DNA from: an uncultured bacterium
GTDB taxonomy: Bacteria; Babelota; Babeliae; Babelales; Vermiphilaceae
NCBI GenBank assembly: GCA_963702025.1
Contig: OY969699.1
Coordinates: 416,001 to 480,000, forward strand
Length of the DNA stretch: 64,000 nucleotides
Direction: 5' to 3'
Shown: positions 39,571-48,370 of the stretch, piece by piece
Position numbering within the stretch: position 1 is the first letter of the stretch
How the letters are laid out: every line of letters begins with the position of its first letter
The notes under the pieces: generated by a model
Told to the model about the DNA's origin: nothing
Database searches by the model: none
What the model saw: the letters and a program-made list of their open reading frames with translations, nothing else
Position numbers and translations under genes: made by a program

Positions 39571-40456
39571 CTCTCCCGGTTGCCACGCGATCTTTATTTT
39601 CTAGATCCTTCTTAATTGTTACTTCATTATACTGCCGCAAAGCAAGATAATCGGCAACAGCCTTTCCTTGACTACTATCAATTTCAAGAACCAGTTGCGG
39701 AATATGGCTTTTTTTCATCAGTTCATTGGGTTTGATATACAACGGCGCTTGATCAATAATGCGTTTGATAAGAGCCAGCCCGTTATCCGGCGCGATAAGT
39801 GCATTTTTATCTTCCCAGTTTCTCACCGAATTTTCGAGCGTTTGCCACTGACTTTCGGGGATATAGGGCGGATTGCCTACAATGAGATCAAATTTGAACT
39901 CTTTAGGAATTTGATCAAAACAATCAGAACGCAAAAATTGGACGTTGGCAATATGATTATGGCTTTTATTTTCATTAGCCAATGCGAATGCGGCATCGGA
40001 AATATCAGTGCCATACACTTTTGCTTTTGGTAATGCGTCAGCCAGCGCGAGTGCGATGCAACCAGAACCGGTACAAAGATCTAAGATCCATAGTGGTTCA
40101 TTGCGTATGTGGTGTAATTGATCAATAAGATTCGCGCACCATTCTTCTGTTTCCGGTCGCGGAATAAGCACGGGTGCTTTGGTGATAATATCTAAGCCAC
40201 AAAAGGGAGTTGAGCCAAGCAAATAACTGAGCGGCATATCCTGCTTGATGAGTTTAGTAAGTGCATCATCCAGCTTCTTTTGCTCTTCATCTGACCATCT
40301 AATATCGTTTTGGCTAATAAGATCCAATTCTTGCTTCTGGGTAATATATTCTAAAAGCCACCAGGCATATTGGGTGCAGAGTGTTGCGTCAGCGAATTTT
40401 TTTTGCAGTTTTTCTTCAATTGATGCTACAAGTTTTGTTATTTGAATGTTTTTCAT
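39542..40456 (-). CDS. prmC: Release factor glutamine methyltransferase
   Basis: PLSYLLG, VLIPRPETE, LDLCTGSGCIA, NPPYI. Confidence 0.95.
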   Translation of the reverse strand: MKNIQITKLVASIEEKLQKKFADATLCTQYAWWLLEYITQKQELDLISQNDIRWSDEEQKKLDDALTKLIKQDMPLSYLLGSTPFCGLDIITKAPVLIPRPETEEWCANLIDQLHHIRNEPLWILDLCTGSGCIALALADALPKAKVYGTDISDAAFALANENKSHNHIANVQFLRSDCFDQIPKEFKFDLIVGNPPYIPESQWQTLENSVRNWEDKNALIAPDNGLALIKRIIDQAPLYIKPNELMKKSHIPQLVLEIDSSQGKAVADYLALRQYNEVTIKKDLENKDRVATGRVDNVAINKT

Positions 40457-40471
40457 TATAAACCTAAATTT

Positions 40472-41119
40472 CTACAATGTGTTACACCACCATTTTCGAG
40501 GTGGTTGGTCTAATTCTTGGCTTGTTTTTCCTTTGCCCATAATGAATGGCGACGGGTTGCTATTAAACTCATCCATGGCGGCTAAATAGGCAACTCGTTC
40601 AGCAGTCTTAAATTCTAACCATCGCACATATTCTTTTTTATGATTTACCAGCGGTATTGCAAATGTTTTGGGATTTATATTGCCCAGAACACAAAGCACT
40701 TTTAAATAGGTGCCGGCAGCCTGCACTATTTTTCGATCCGCGGCCGAGGATTTGATGCAATTAACAACATTGAGGATGGATTTATAGTACTCATGCTCCG
40801 GTTGAATGGCGATCAATTGTGCAAAGTTTTTGTTTCGGTAGAGGCGCAGAACGTAGGTCCATGGGTCTTTTATGCTTTCACCAGCACCATGATCCCGATA
40901 ACTCTGGATGAGTGCAAATGCTGTTTCATAATCTTCTTTGCCTGATTTTTTGTGTTCGATAATATCTTTGCGAACAGCATGGGGGCTTTGCTTCAATAGT
41001 TCTATAAGCAACTCATCTAATGTTTGCGGTGTGTATTTCACCACTGGTTTTTCAGTTGGTAGTTCCATGGCATGGAATCTCAAAAAAGTGCATAACAAAA
41101 ATATGCTTAATTTTTTCAT
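40472..41119 (-). CDS. Secreted hypothetical protein with C-terminal CaaX-like motif (CNTL)
   Basis: FHA-MEL; ends RKWWCNTL. Confidence 0.7.
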   Translation of the reverse strand: MKKLSIFLLCTFLRFHAMELPTEKPVVKYTPQTLDELLIELLKQSPHAVRKDIIEHKKSGKEDYETAFALIQSYRDHGAGESIKDPWTYVLRLYRNKNFAQLIAIQPEHEYYKSILNVVNCIKSSAADRKIVQAAGTYLKVLCVLGNINPKTFAIPLVNHKKEYVRWLEFKTAERVAYLAAMDEFNSNPSPFIMGKGKTSQELDQPPRKWWCNTL

Positions 41120-41120
41120 A

Positions 41121-41822
41121 CTATTCTCCAGACAGTGCTAACTTTAATAGGAAAATAGTATCAGCTAGTAAACTGGCTTTAACCCAAACTTTTTGTTTCT
41201 CATTTAAAAGTTCACCAATTCCTGAAAGGATGCTCCGATTATTCATATTTTCTAACTCTTTGATTACTAATCGCAGAAATTCTTTATATGTCATATTGGT
41301 TCTTTCTTGAATAATTTTCTTATTGATTGGCCAGTTATTGCGCAAGAAAAACCAAACGTCAAAAATATCACGATTTGCCTTGCCGATTCTTTCATGCATG
41401 GCGACCATTTTATGAGCTGCCATATCTTCTTGTACCATAACTTTCATAGGTATCCCAAGATATTGTTTTAATTCGTATCGGGATCCAAAATTGCGTTTAT
41501 TGATTTCTACTTTTATATTTTGTGCTCCGGTAGTCTTATTCGCATAAGAGAGAAGGAAAAAAAGACTGTATCGTTTTTTTTGTGCTTCCTTAACTTTTCC
41601 ATAATGTTCTAAAATTTCTTTGATGCGATTAAAAATATAATCTTCTTTATTTAAATCTAAAAGATCAAAATCTAAATCAACAGATAAACGTGTTAAACCA
41701 TATAAGAGAAACACTGCTGTTCCCCCCTTAAAACCAAGAAATGGACCTATGGTTGGATCAGTAAAAATATCTTTGAGTATTTGAATTAGAATATTAGTAT
41801 GTTGTCTTGTATCGATCGTCAT
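41121..41822 (-). CDS. abiEii: AbiEii family nucleotidyltransferase toxin (type IV TA)
   Basis: FKGGTA...YGL.R.S.DLDF, IKVEI, K..A...R...RD.FD. Confidence 0.92.
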   Translation of the reverse strand: MTIDTRQHTNILIQILKDIFTDPTIGPFLGFKGGTAVFLLYGLTRLSVDLDFDLLDLNKEDYIFNRIKEILEHYGKVKEAQKKRYSLFFLLSYANKTTGAQNIKVEINKRNFGSRYELKQYLGIPMKVMVQEDMAAHKMVAMHERIGKANRDIFDVWFFLRNNWPINKKIIQERTNMTYKEFLRLVIKELENMNNRSILSGIGELLNEKQKVWVKASLLADTIFLLKLALSGE

Positions 41823-41835
41823 AACTCCCCCAATT

Positions 41836-42417
41836 TTATAATTGTTTTTTTCTTGATTTTTCTAATTGCTTAACTACTTTTTCCATTCGTTTATTTTTAT
41901 AGATTTTTAGAATTTCATAAATCTTATTCCAATTAAGCCCGGAAAGATTATCAAAGTGGTAATTTTTATTTAAATAGAGAGTATCTAAAAAAGCGCGTTC
42001 AGGACAAGCAATGCTGTATTGTTCTTTTATTTCAATTCCCATTGCATTCATCAGAGTTTCATTTTTAATTTTTCTGAATGTATAAGTTTTTCCATCGCAA
42101 ACAATATTTTTTGACTGATATGACGCAACAAAAATTTGTGTGTAGTATTGAAAAATAATTCCTGCGGATGCGAGTACCGTTTCAAAACTAATGTAGGATG
42201 GGCTCATTATTTTTGTAGCCAATTCAAGTGGGTCATAATTTTTATCTTTAGCATATAATCCGCGACGAATTCTATAAAGATCGCCTTTTTTTACATAGTA
42301 ATTAACGCGAGATTTAATATTTTTCGTCTCAATTGCAGGCCAAAGCAAGGAAAGTTCTTTAAATGAATAAACAGTTTTATCCGATCGTAATAGATCTTTT
42401 AAAAAGCTTTGAGCCAT
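41836..42417 (-). CDS. abiEi: AbiEi family antitoxin
   Basis: L.RIRRGLY, PSYIS.ETVL...G.I.Q, A.PERAFLD.LY. Confidence 0.9.
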   Translation of the reverse strand: MAQSFLKDLLRSDKTVYSFKELSLLWPAIETKNIKSRVNYYVKKGDLYRIRRGLYAKDKNYDPLELATKIMSPSYISFETVLASAGIIFQYYTQIFVASYQSKNIVCDGKTYTFRKIKNETLMNAMGIEIKEQYSIACPERAFLDTLYLNKNYHFDNLSGLNWNKIYEILKIYKNKRMEKVVKQLEKSRKKQL

Positions 42418-42427
42418 TGGTTTCTCC

Positions 42428-42474
42428 TAATATGATCCAAAGGTTGGAATTATTCTTACCTTTAGATCATATTA
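42428..42474 (-). promoter_or_regulatory. Putative AbiEi autoregulatory operator (17-bp inverted repeat)
   Basis: TAATATGATCCAAAGGT-13 nt-ACCTTTAGATCATATTA, one mismatch, directly upstream of the SD. Confidence 0.75.
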
Positions 42475-42522
42475 TACAACCAAGCCTCATTTTTCAAGAA
42501 TTTTAGTAAATGCTGATTTTTT

Positions 42523-43116
42523 CTAAGGAATCATTTTTATGCCAGAGATTAAGAAACAACGTAAATATTCTCGAGAAGGAATATTCTTTGCAAGAATCAC
42601 TAATGCTTTTTCATAATCAACAATAGCAGCCTTTTTTTCAAGCATTGCTTTAAACAATTGATAAAAATCCTGTTCTTCTGCGGGAGTATATGAACACTGA
42701 AGATAAGCAAGAAGATAATCCATCGGCATTTGCCCCGATCCATTGAAGTAGTTTGCATTGATATTTTCTTCTTTTAATAATCGCATAAGAAGAGGATAGT
42801 GTAAGCTGTCACCCTGCATGGCAAAATGAAGGGCGGAGCCACCTCCGGTGGTAACATTGATGGCGACATTTTGTTTGAGAGCTTCTTCTAGATCCGGAAG
42901 ATTATGAGAGAATGCTGCGTATAAAAACTTTTCTTGAAGAGGAGTCAATTTTTGATCGGCAATGAGCGGATCAAATAAATACTTTTTTTCCAGCGCAATT
43001 TCTTCTCCAGATTTATGCGCTGCAGCTAAATTTCCAACGGTAATAGTCGGTTGATTTTCCATAGCATGGTGATACCCGCTCCAAACAAGCAATAATATCA
43101 CCACATATTTCTTCAT
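42523..43116 (-). CDS. Secreted ankyrin-repeat protein
   Basis: Start MKKYVV; HHA-MEN; AIN...GGSALHFA, N.SGQMPMD. Confidence 0.75.
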   Translation of the reverse strand: MKKYVVILLLVWSGYHHAMENQPTITVGNLAAAHKSGEEIALEKKYLFDPLIADQKLTPLQEKFLYAAFSHNLPDLEEALKQNVAINVTTGGGSALHFAMQGDSLHYPLLMRLLKEENINANYFNGSGQMPMDYLLAYLQCSYTPAEEQDFYQLFKAMLEKKAAIVDYEKALVILAKNIPSREYLRCFLISGIKMIP

Positions 43117-43120
43117 GTTA

Positions 43121-44437
43121 TTACTTAATGTTAGGAAGTTGCCGAACTGATAAACTGCGTTCAGGATTAGAATTATACCAAATATATTTTCCATTGCTGC
43201 TAAAGAATTTGTTGCGCTCGAATGGATCTGAGGATGGTGATGGCGGTGCCTCGAAATCACCGGTAGCCACTATATCGCCGTTGGTATTATCAATTACTAA
43301 TTTTTTGGTAGAAGTATCGACGATGATATGGCGCGGTGAAGCATAGAAAAGATTTATGAGCGGAGAGTCTAAGTTGAGCGTGATGGTCCCCTTGTTTTTT
43401 GGATCTAGATTTCTTGATTGAAAAATAAGATCTTCTCCATTTGCGGTAATTGAATGAGAAAAATCGAGTGAAATAAATCCTTTTGTGATCGAATTGTTTT
43501 TCCAGGTGGAATCAGTTGAGCCAGCACTAACATTATAAACAGCGCCTTGATCTTTTTGATTGATGAGTAATTTGGTAGCAAGAGCATTAAATGCACACTG
43601 AGTAAGCGGAGAATCTGGCGCAGCAAGTTGGATCATATGCAATGTTTTAAATGCGCGGTCCAATAGTGCAATTTTTTTATCTGTTTGCTGTATCATGATA
43701 ATGCTGCCATCGGGTGAAAATGCCTGCAAATATCCGCAGATTATTTTAACCTTTTGGTCGGATAATAACTTGCCGAACTTTTTAATCGGGTAGAATTGTG
43801 ATGCATCATCAGAACGGGAAACGATATATTCGCTTTGCGGATCTTGAAGAGAAATATTTTTGTAAGAGCCCAATTTGTGCTTTTTACCCGATGAAATCTC
43901 AATGACCGTAACTGAATCATCATTAATTTTTTCTAAAAGATATTTGCCATCATACGTAAAATTTTCTCCACCCACCAGACGATCGCCGAGATTAACTACT
44001 TCCTTGCCCTGCGTATCCCAAACCGTTTTATTATAATGGAGTTCTTGCCCTAATGCTCTTTCTGCATAAAATTGGGTCCCTTGACGATTCCATGTCACGT
44101 TCCAACCGGAATAGGGCAGAGTCCAAAGATAGTGTTCTTTATCAATTTTATAGAGATGAAGTTTGTCATGCTTATCCCTAATTGCGATATGTATACCATC
44201 TGGAGCAATGTAGGGCTGCATTTGACAATCTTGCACGTTAAACTGTGCAAACCCATCTTGCATATTTGGATCGGCTTTTGCCTTGTCTTGTTTAGGGCTA
44301 AAGGCTTCCTTTATGGTATCTATTTCCTCAAGCGCATCAGCCACTCCGGCGATTAGTGTACCTTCTACGATTTTTTCCATGCTAGTAATAGGGAGATAAG
44401 ATATAAGCAATGCCAGAGAAAGAATGATTCTTTTCAT
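43121..44437 (-). CDS. Secreted beta-propeller (WD40-like) protein
   Basis: ITS-MEK; repeated PDG/FTYDGKYL/FSPDGS/FSSNGKYI blades. Confidence 0.8.
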   Translation of the reverse strand: MKRIILSLALLISYLPITSMEKIVEGTLIAGVADALEEIDTIKEAFSPKQDKAKADPNMQDGFAQFNVQDCQMQPYIAPDGIHIAIRDKHDKLHLYKIDKEHYLWTLPYSGWNVTWNRQGTQFYAERALGQELHYNKTVWDTQGKEVVNLGDRLVGGENFTYDGKYLLEKINDDSVTVIEISSGKKHKLGSYKNISLQDPQSEYIVSRSDDASQFYPIKKFGKLLSDQKVKIICGYLQAFSPDGSIIMIQQTDKKIALLDRAFKTLHMIQLAAPDSPLTQCAFNALATKLLINQKDQGAVYNVSAGSTDSTWKNNSITKGFISLDFSHSITANGEDLIFQSRNLDPKNKGTITLNLDSPLINLFYASPRHIIVDTSTKKLVIDNTNGDIVATGDFEAPPSPSSDPFERNKFFSSNGKYIWYNSNPERSLSVRQLPNIK

Positions 44438-44518
44438 TGGAATCCTTTTTTTTAATAACCATTAAATTTGTCTTAAGTCTTATAAAAATTATACGGGCAA
44501 GTCAAAGAAATGGTAACT

Positions 44519-45406
44519 TTAGTCGCCCAAAAGACTCGTAACATATTCAGTTGCATCAAATGCTTTAAACTGTTCCGGCTGTTCGCCATAAGAAATATAG
44601 GCGATAGGTATTTTGAGTTCATTGCAGATGGCAAAGACAATGCCTCCCTTACCCGTGCCGTCCATTTTAGTTAAAATGACTCCATCAATGGGAGTGCTTT
44701 CATGGAACAATCGCGCTTGATCAAAGGAGTTTTGCCCGAGCATTGAGTCGATAGTCAACAAGGTGGTGATTTTTTGGTGGGGCAGTTGTGCGGTGATAAC
44801 CCGCTTAATTTTTTCCAGCTCTTTCATTAAATTTATTTTTGTTTGCAAGCGGCCTGCCGTATCAATAATCAGCACATCATAGGTGCCCTGTTTGAACTTT
44901 TGAATGCCGGTAAAAATAACCGAGGCAGGATCTTGGCCCTCGGCACCCACCACAATATCAGCGCCTAATTTTTGGGCCCATTGCGCCAGTTGCTCGGTGG
45001 CAGCGGCCCTGAATGTGTCGGCAGCAACAAAAAGTACCCGTTTGTTTTCTTGCTTATATTGGTATGCCAATTTTGCCGCGGCAGTGGTTTTTCCGCTGCC
45101 ATTAATGCCAACTAACATGAACAAAGTACTCTTTGGCTCATACGGTTCGGCTTGCACTATCTTTTGTAATTCTGCTTGCAACAAAGATTGTAAATCAGCC
45201 CCTTCTTTGAGGCTACCATGCTTCCAGGCATCAGTGACGGTTGTCATGATTGCACGGGTTGTTTTTATGCCCGTATCGGCGCTGAGAAGAATTGTTTCTA
45301 GTTCTTTGAGTGCCTGCTCATCAATGGGGCGGGCAAAAAGCGCTTTGATTGGTGAAGAAACGGTGTTGTATATTTTGGTGAATGTTTTTTTAAAGAAACC
45401 GAACAT
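44519..45406 (-). CDS. ftsY: Signal recognition particle receptor FtsY (NG domain only)
   Basis: GINGSGKTT, DTFRAAA, DTAGR, TKMDGTGKGG. Confidence 0.96.
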   Translation of the reverse strand: MFGFFKKTFTKIYNTVSSPIKALFARPIDEQALKELETILLSADTGIKTTRAIMTTVTDAWKHGSLKEGADLQSLLQAELQKIVQAEPYEPKSTLFMLVGINGSGKTTAAAKLAYQYKQENKRVLFVAADTFRAAATEQLAQWAQKLGADIVVGAEGQDPASVIFTGIQKFKQGTYDVLIIDTAGRLQTKINLMKELEKIKRVITAQLPHQKITTLLTIDSMLGQNSFDQARLFHESTPIDGVILTKMDGTGKGGIVFAICNELKIPIAYISYGEQPEQFKAFDATEYVTSLLGD

Positions 45407-45434
45407 CTCTGTAGCCTATGGTATCGCATTTTCC

Positions 45435-45520
45435 CCGTTCGCTTAGAGCGAAGCGTTAGCCGAGTCGAGAAGTTTTTTTATACCTCTCAAATCGAGCTTC
45501 GCTCACCTTCGAGAAGGATG
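45435..45520. repeat. Degenerate family A palindromic element upstream of ftsY
   Basis: CCGTTCGCTTAGAGCGAAGCGTTAGCCGAGTCGAGAAG...CGAGCTTCGCTC. Confidence 0.6.
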
Positions 45521-45615
45521 AAGATGATTTATATGTTTTTAAAGTTAGTAATTCATAGATTAGATCAAGTCTTGATCAATAGCTAGTGCAAGTAATGTTT
45601 TCTTAATTTATCCAT

Positions 45616-47026
45616 TTATGAAATTAAACAAGTTTCTTTTTGTGGCGGTTTTGGTGAGAATCGTTCTTGCAGAATCTCCTGAATGCGGGTATTTTGCGAA
45701 GCTTTGAGTACTTTGAGTAAATCTTTATTCAATGGTTCATTATTGGTTTGTTGCTTTTGCAATGTAATAAGAGCCAGCAGTTCATCAGGATTACTATGAT
45801 TATGTAATGCTTTATGGGTAACATGTTTATAAATATAAATTTCAAATGAATAAGTGCCAGGAGAAACAAAATAAAGTGCTTTATGAGTAGTAATGCCTCT
45901 AAAATACTTTTTATGGTTTTGGGCTAGATGTTCAAGTGCATCTCTTGAACATGAAAGTTTATTATTCGTACGCAGATAAAAATAAGTCTCGCCATCAGAG
46001 CATAGTGCTTGGGAATAATTTAAAATTTTATAGGTATTGGTATTGGTATCAATGACCATTGATTTACTTACTGGTTTTTGTCCTACTCGTTGATGGCTTA
46101 AATCAACATGAATCAGGCGGGGGTTTTCATTTCCTTCATCTAAATAAAGGGCGGGTGTTATTGAATTTACAAAGCTATTGTAATATGAAGTATTATAATG
46201 CAATGGCCCTGATCGTATAATGATTTCATCGTATGGCGGCGTGCAAAGAGCCCTTACCGGTGAGTTTTTTTGGTCGTAATATTTATTAAAATCAGCTGAA
46301 CTTGCAGGAATAGTAATAATTTTTTTAGGAATTTCTATAGCAAATTCACAATCGGCATTAGTGATAGTTTTGCTTAAAAATAAATGATGTATCGGTAACT
46401 CTGCTTAAATGCCCCAGATGATAATGGCCCCCTTCATGAAGCTTTATATATTCTTTTGTTTCTAAATCCAAGAGAAATACTTTTTGGGTAACCTGATGTA
46501 AAGGAGAGCGCACTAAAACATACCGCTTGCAAGGAAGTTCTTCGCAGAATAAAATATCACGAGCATCATTTTCCGGTTCATCTACCAGAGTTAGTCGGTC
46601 CGTTTCTAAATCTAAAAAGCGAATTTTGCGCTCGAAATAACTCATCATAACCAGATAATTTTTAAAGAGCTCAAGCTGAGGCATTATATCCAGGTTACTA
46701 CATACTTTTTTGGCTTCAGAGTTATTTATTTCTTCAAGTAATGGTGCTTCATTGTTAAAAATAAAATGATGGAAATGTGCTTGAATATCTTCCGGAAGAG
46801 CTTTTATTTTTTTAATAAGAGCAACCAGATCGGTAGCCCTGGTTTCTTTTGAGGTAAATTGGGCGATAATATTTTTGATTGCGATATCCATTAAGCTCGC
46901 TATGGTTGCCGGTTTATCTTTATCTTCTTGAGTAAGCTGAATTACTTTTGGCTCTGGCATCTCCATTGCCGTTGCCGCAAGTGGGCATAAGCAGGCGAGT
47001 AAAATGAGTGTTCTTAATAATTTCAT
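45616..47026 (-). pseudogene. Secreted BC-box-like/propeller-like protein with CaaX (CLIS), frameshifted at an A5 run (46376-46380)
   Basis: Removing one base gives an open frame SFILSKTITNADCEF... into the 45616..46203 ORF; both halves align with paralogs 47043 and 48371. Confidence 0.8.
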
Positions 47027-47042
47027 AATTCCTCCATTTTGG

Positions 47043-48353
47043 TTATGTGATCACGCACCTTTGTTTTTTATCGGTCTCTTCATTTTCATTAATCTCTTTT
47101 TGAATGGTGACGGACCCCTTGGCGGTCATAACCACTTCAGGCTCCTTTGAGAAGCATTCTTTAACAATTTCTTGAATACGCTCATTTTTTGAGTTTTTGA
47201 GTGTTTTAAAGAGATGTCGATTTAATACTTCATTATTGTTTTTTTGTTTTTGCAAGATAATAAGCGCAAGAAGTTCTTGGAGATTACTATTTTTTGTCAG
47301 TGCTTTATGGGTAATATATTTATATACATCTCCTTTTTTATCGATCATAAATAGATAGGTATCATCTATGAGTAAAGCAGGGTTAGCTTTCTCGGGAATT
47401 TTAATCTCTAGATCAAATGGCATAGATATACATTTGATTTCTTGAGAATTTAATTGCGGAATAGATAAGCAGCTAAGCTTTTTTTTGATAAAATAAAAAC
47501 CATGCGCTGCATCTGAAGTTATTACTGGTTGTTGCTTAATGATTGTATATGTTTGTGTCTGAGTATCAATAACTATCAAAAAATCAAATAAATCGGATTC
47601 TAGGTTTGGAATAACTATATTGGTGGTATTAAGACCAATTAGTATTTGTTGAGTAAGTTGATATTTTCTAGTGCAAGTAACTTGTATTAAATGTGGGTTA
47701 GGTTTATCTGCATCTAAATAGCGTACCGAGCATGAAAATTGTTGCGGGTCAATAGCGTCGTATGAAGTATCAAAAATAATTTCGGGTTCATTTACTTTTT
47801 TGACTGTGACACGAATAGCGCCATCTACTATACCCACTTCAATTTTTGTATTTTTATTAACTTCTGTTGGTGTTTCAAGCTTAACAGAATCAGGAAGCGT
47901 GATGGTGAGATTTTCAACGTTCCCGGTATCTCTATTTAATGCTTGCAAGATTATATTTCCATTTGATGCAGCAATTAAATTTTCTATGTGATAATTTCCA
48001 TTACTCAGTCTTGCGATATATTGAGGATCAAAATTATTAATCTCTTCAAGTATTAATGTTTCATGTTTAAATAAATAGACATACAAATAATCGACCAGAT
48101 CTTGCGGAATTTTGTTAATTTTTTCATAGAGCGCAATAAGCTCTTTTGTTGTGCATTGTTTTTCTTTAAATTTTTTAAATAAATTGTTGCACACAATATC
48201 TATTAATGGAGAAACTTTAGGAGTTTCTATCGTATTAGATGATTGCATAAGTGGTATATAGATTGGTTTATCATTGTTCGCCGGTATCTCCATTGCGGTT
48301 GCCGCAACCGGGCATAGGCCGGCGAGTAAAGTTACTATTCTTAATAATTTCAT
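47043..48353 (-). CDS. Secreted paralog with BC-box-like motif, shared C-terminal domain and CaaX (CVIT)
   Basis: ATA-MEIP; VSPLIDIVCNNL..IPQDL; THKAL...ELLALI..QK; ends RCVIT. Confidence 0.78.
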   Translation of the reverse strand: MKLLRIVTLLAGLCPVAATAMEIPANNDKPIYIPLMQSSNTIETPKVSPLIDIVCNNLFKKFKEKQCTTKELIALYEKINKIPQDLVDYLYVYLFKHETLILEEINNFDPQYIARLSNGNYHIENLIAASNGNIILQALNRDTGNVENLTITLPDSVKLETPTEVNKNTKIEVGIVDGAIRVTVKKVNEPEIIFDTSYDAIDPQQFSCSVRYLDADKPNPHLIQVTCTRKYQLTQQILIGLNTTNIVIPNLESDLFDFLIVIDTQTQTYTIIKQQPVITSDAAHGFYFIKKKLSCLSIPQLNSQEIKCISMPFDLEIKIPEKANPALLIDDTYLFMIDKKGDVYKYITHKALTKNSNLQELLALIILQKQKNNNEVLNRHLFKTLKNSKNERIQEIVKECFSKEPEVVMTAKGSVTIQKEINENEETDKKQRCVIT

Positions 48354-48370
48354 AAATTCCTCCACTGTTT

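Noticed and set aside
44904..45446. Long antisense ORFs (also 8114..8530, 11131..11547, 3825..4178, 39668..40033)
   Set aside because: They lie opposite well-supported genes and have no recognisable motifs; treated as shadow ORFs.
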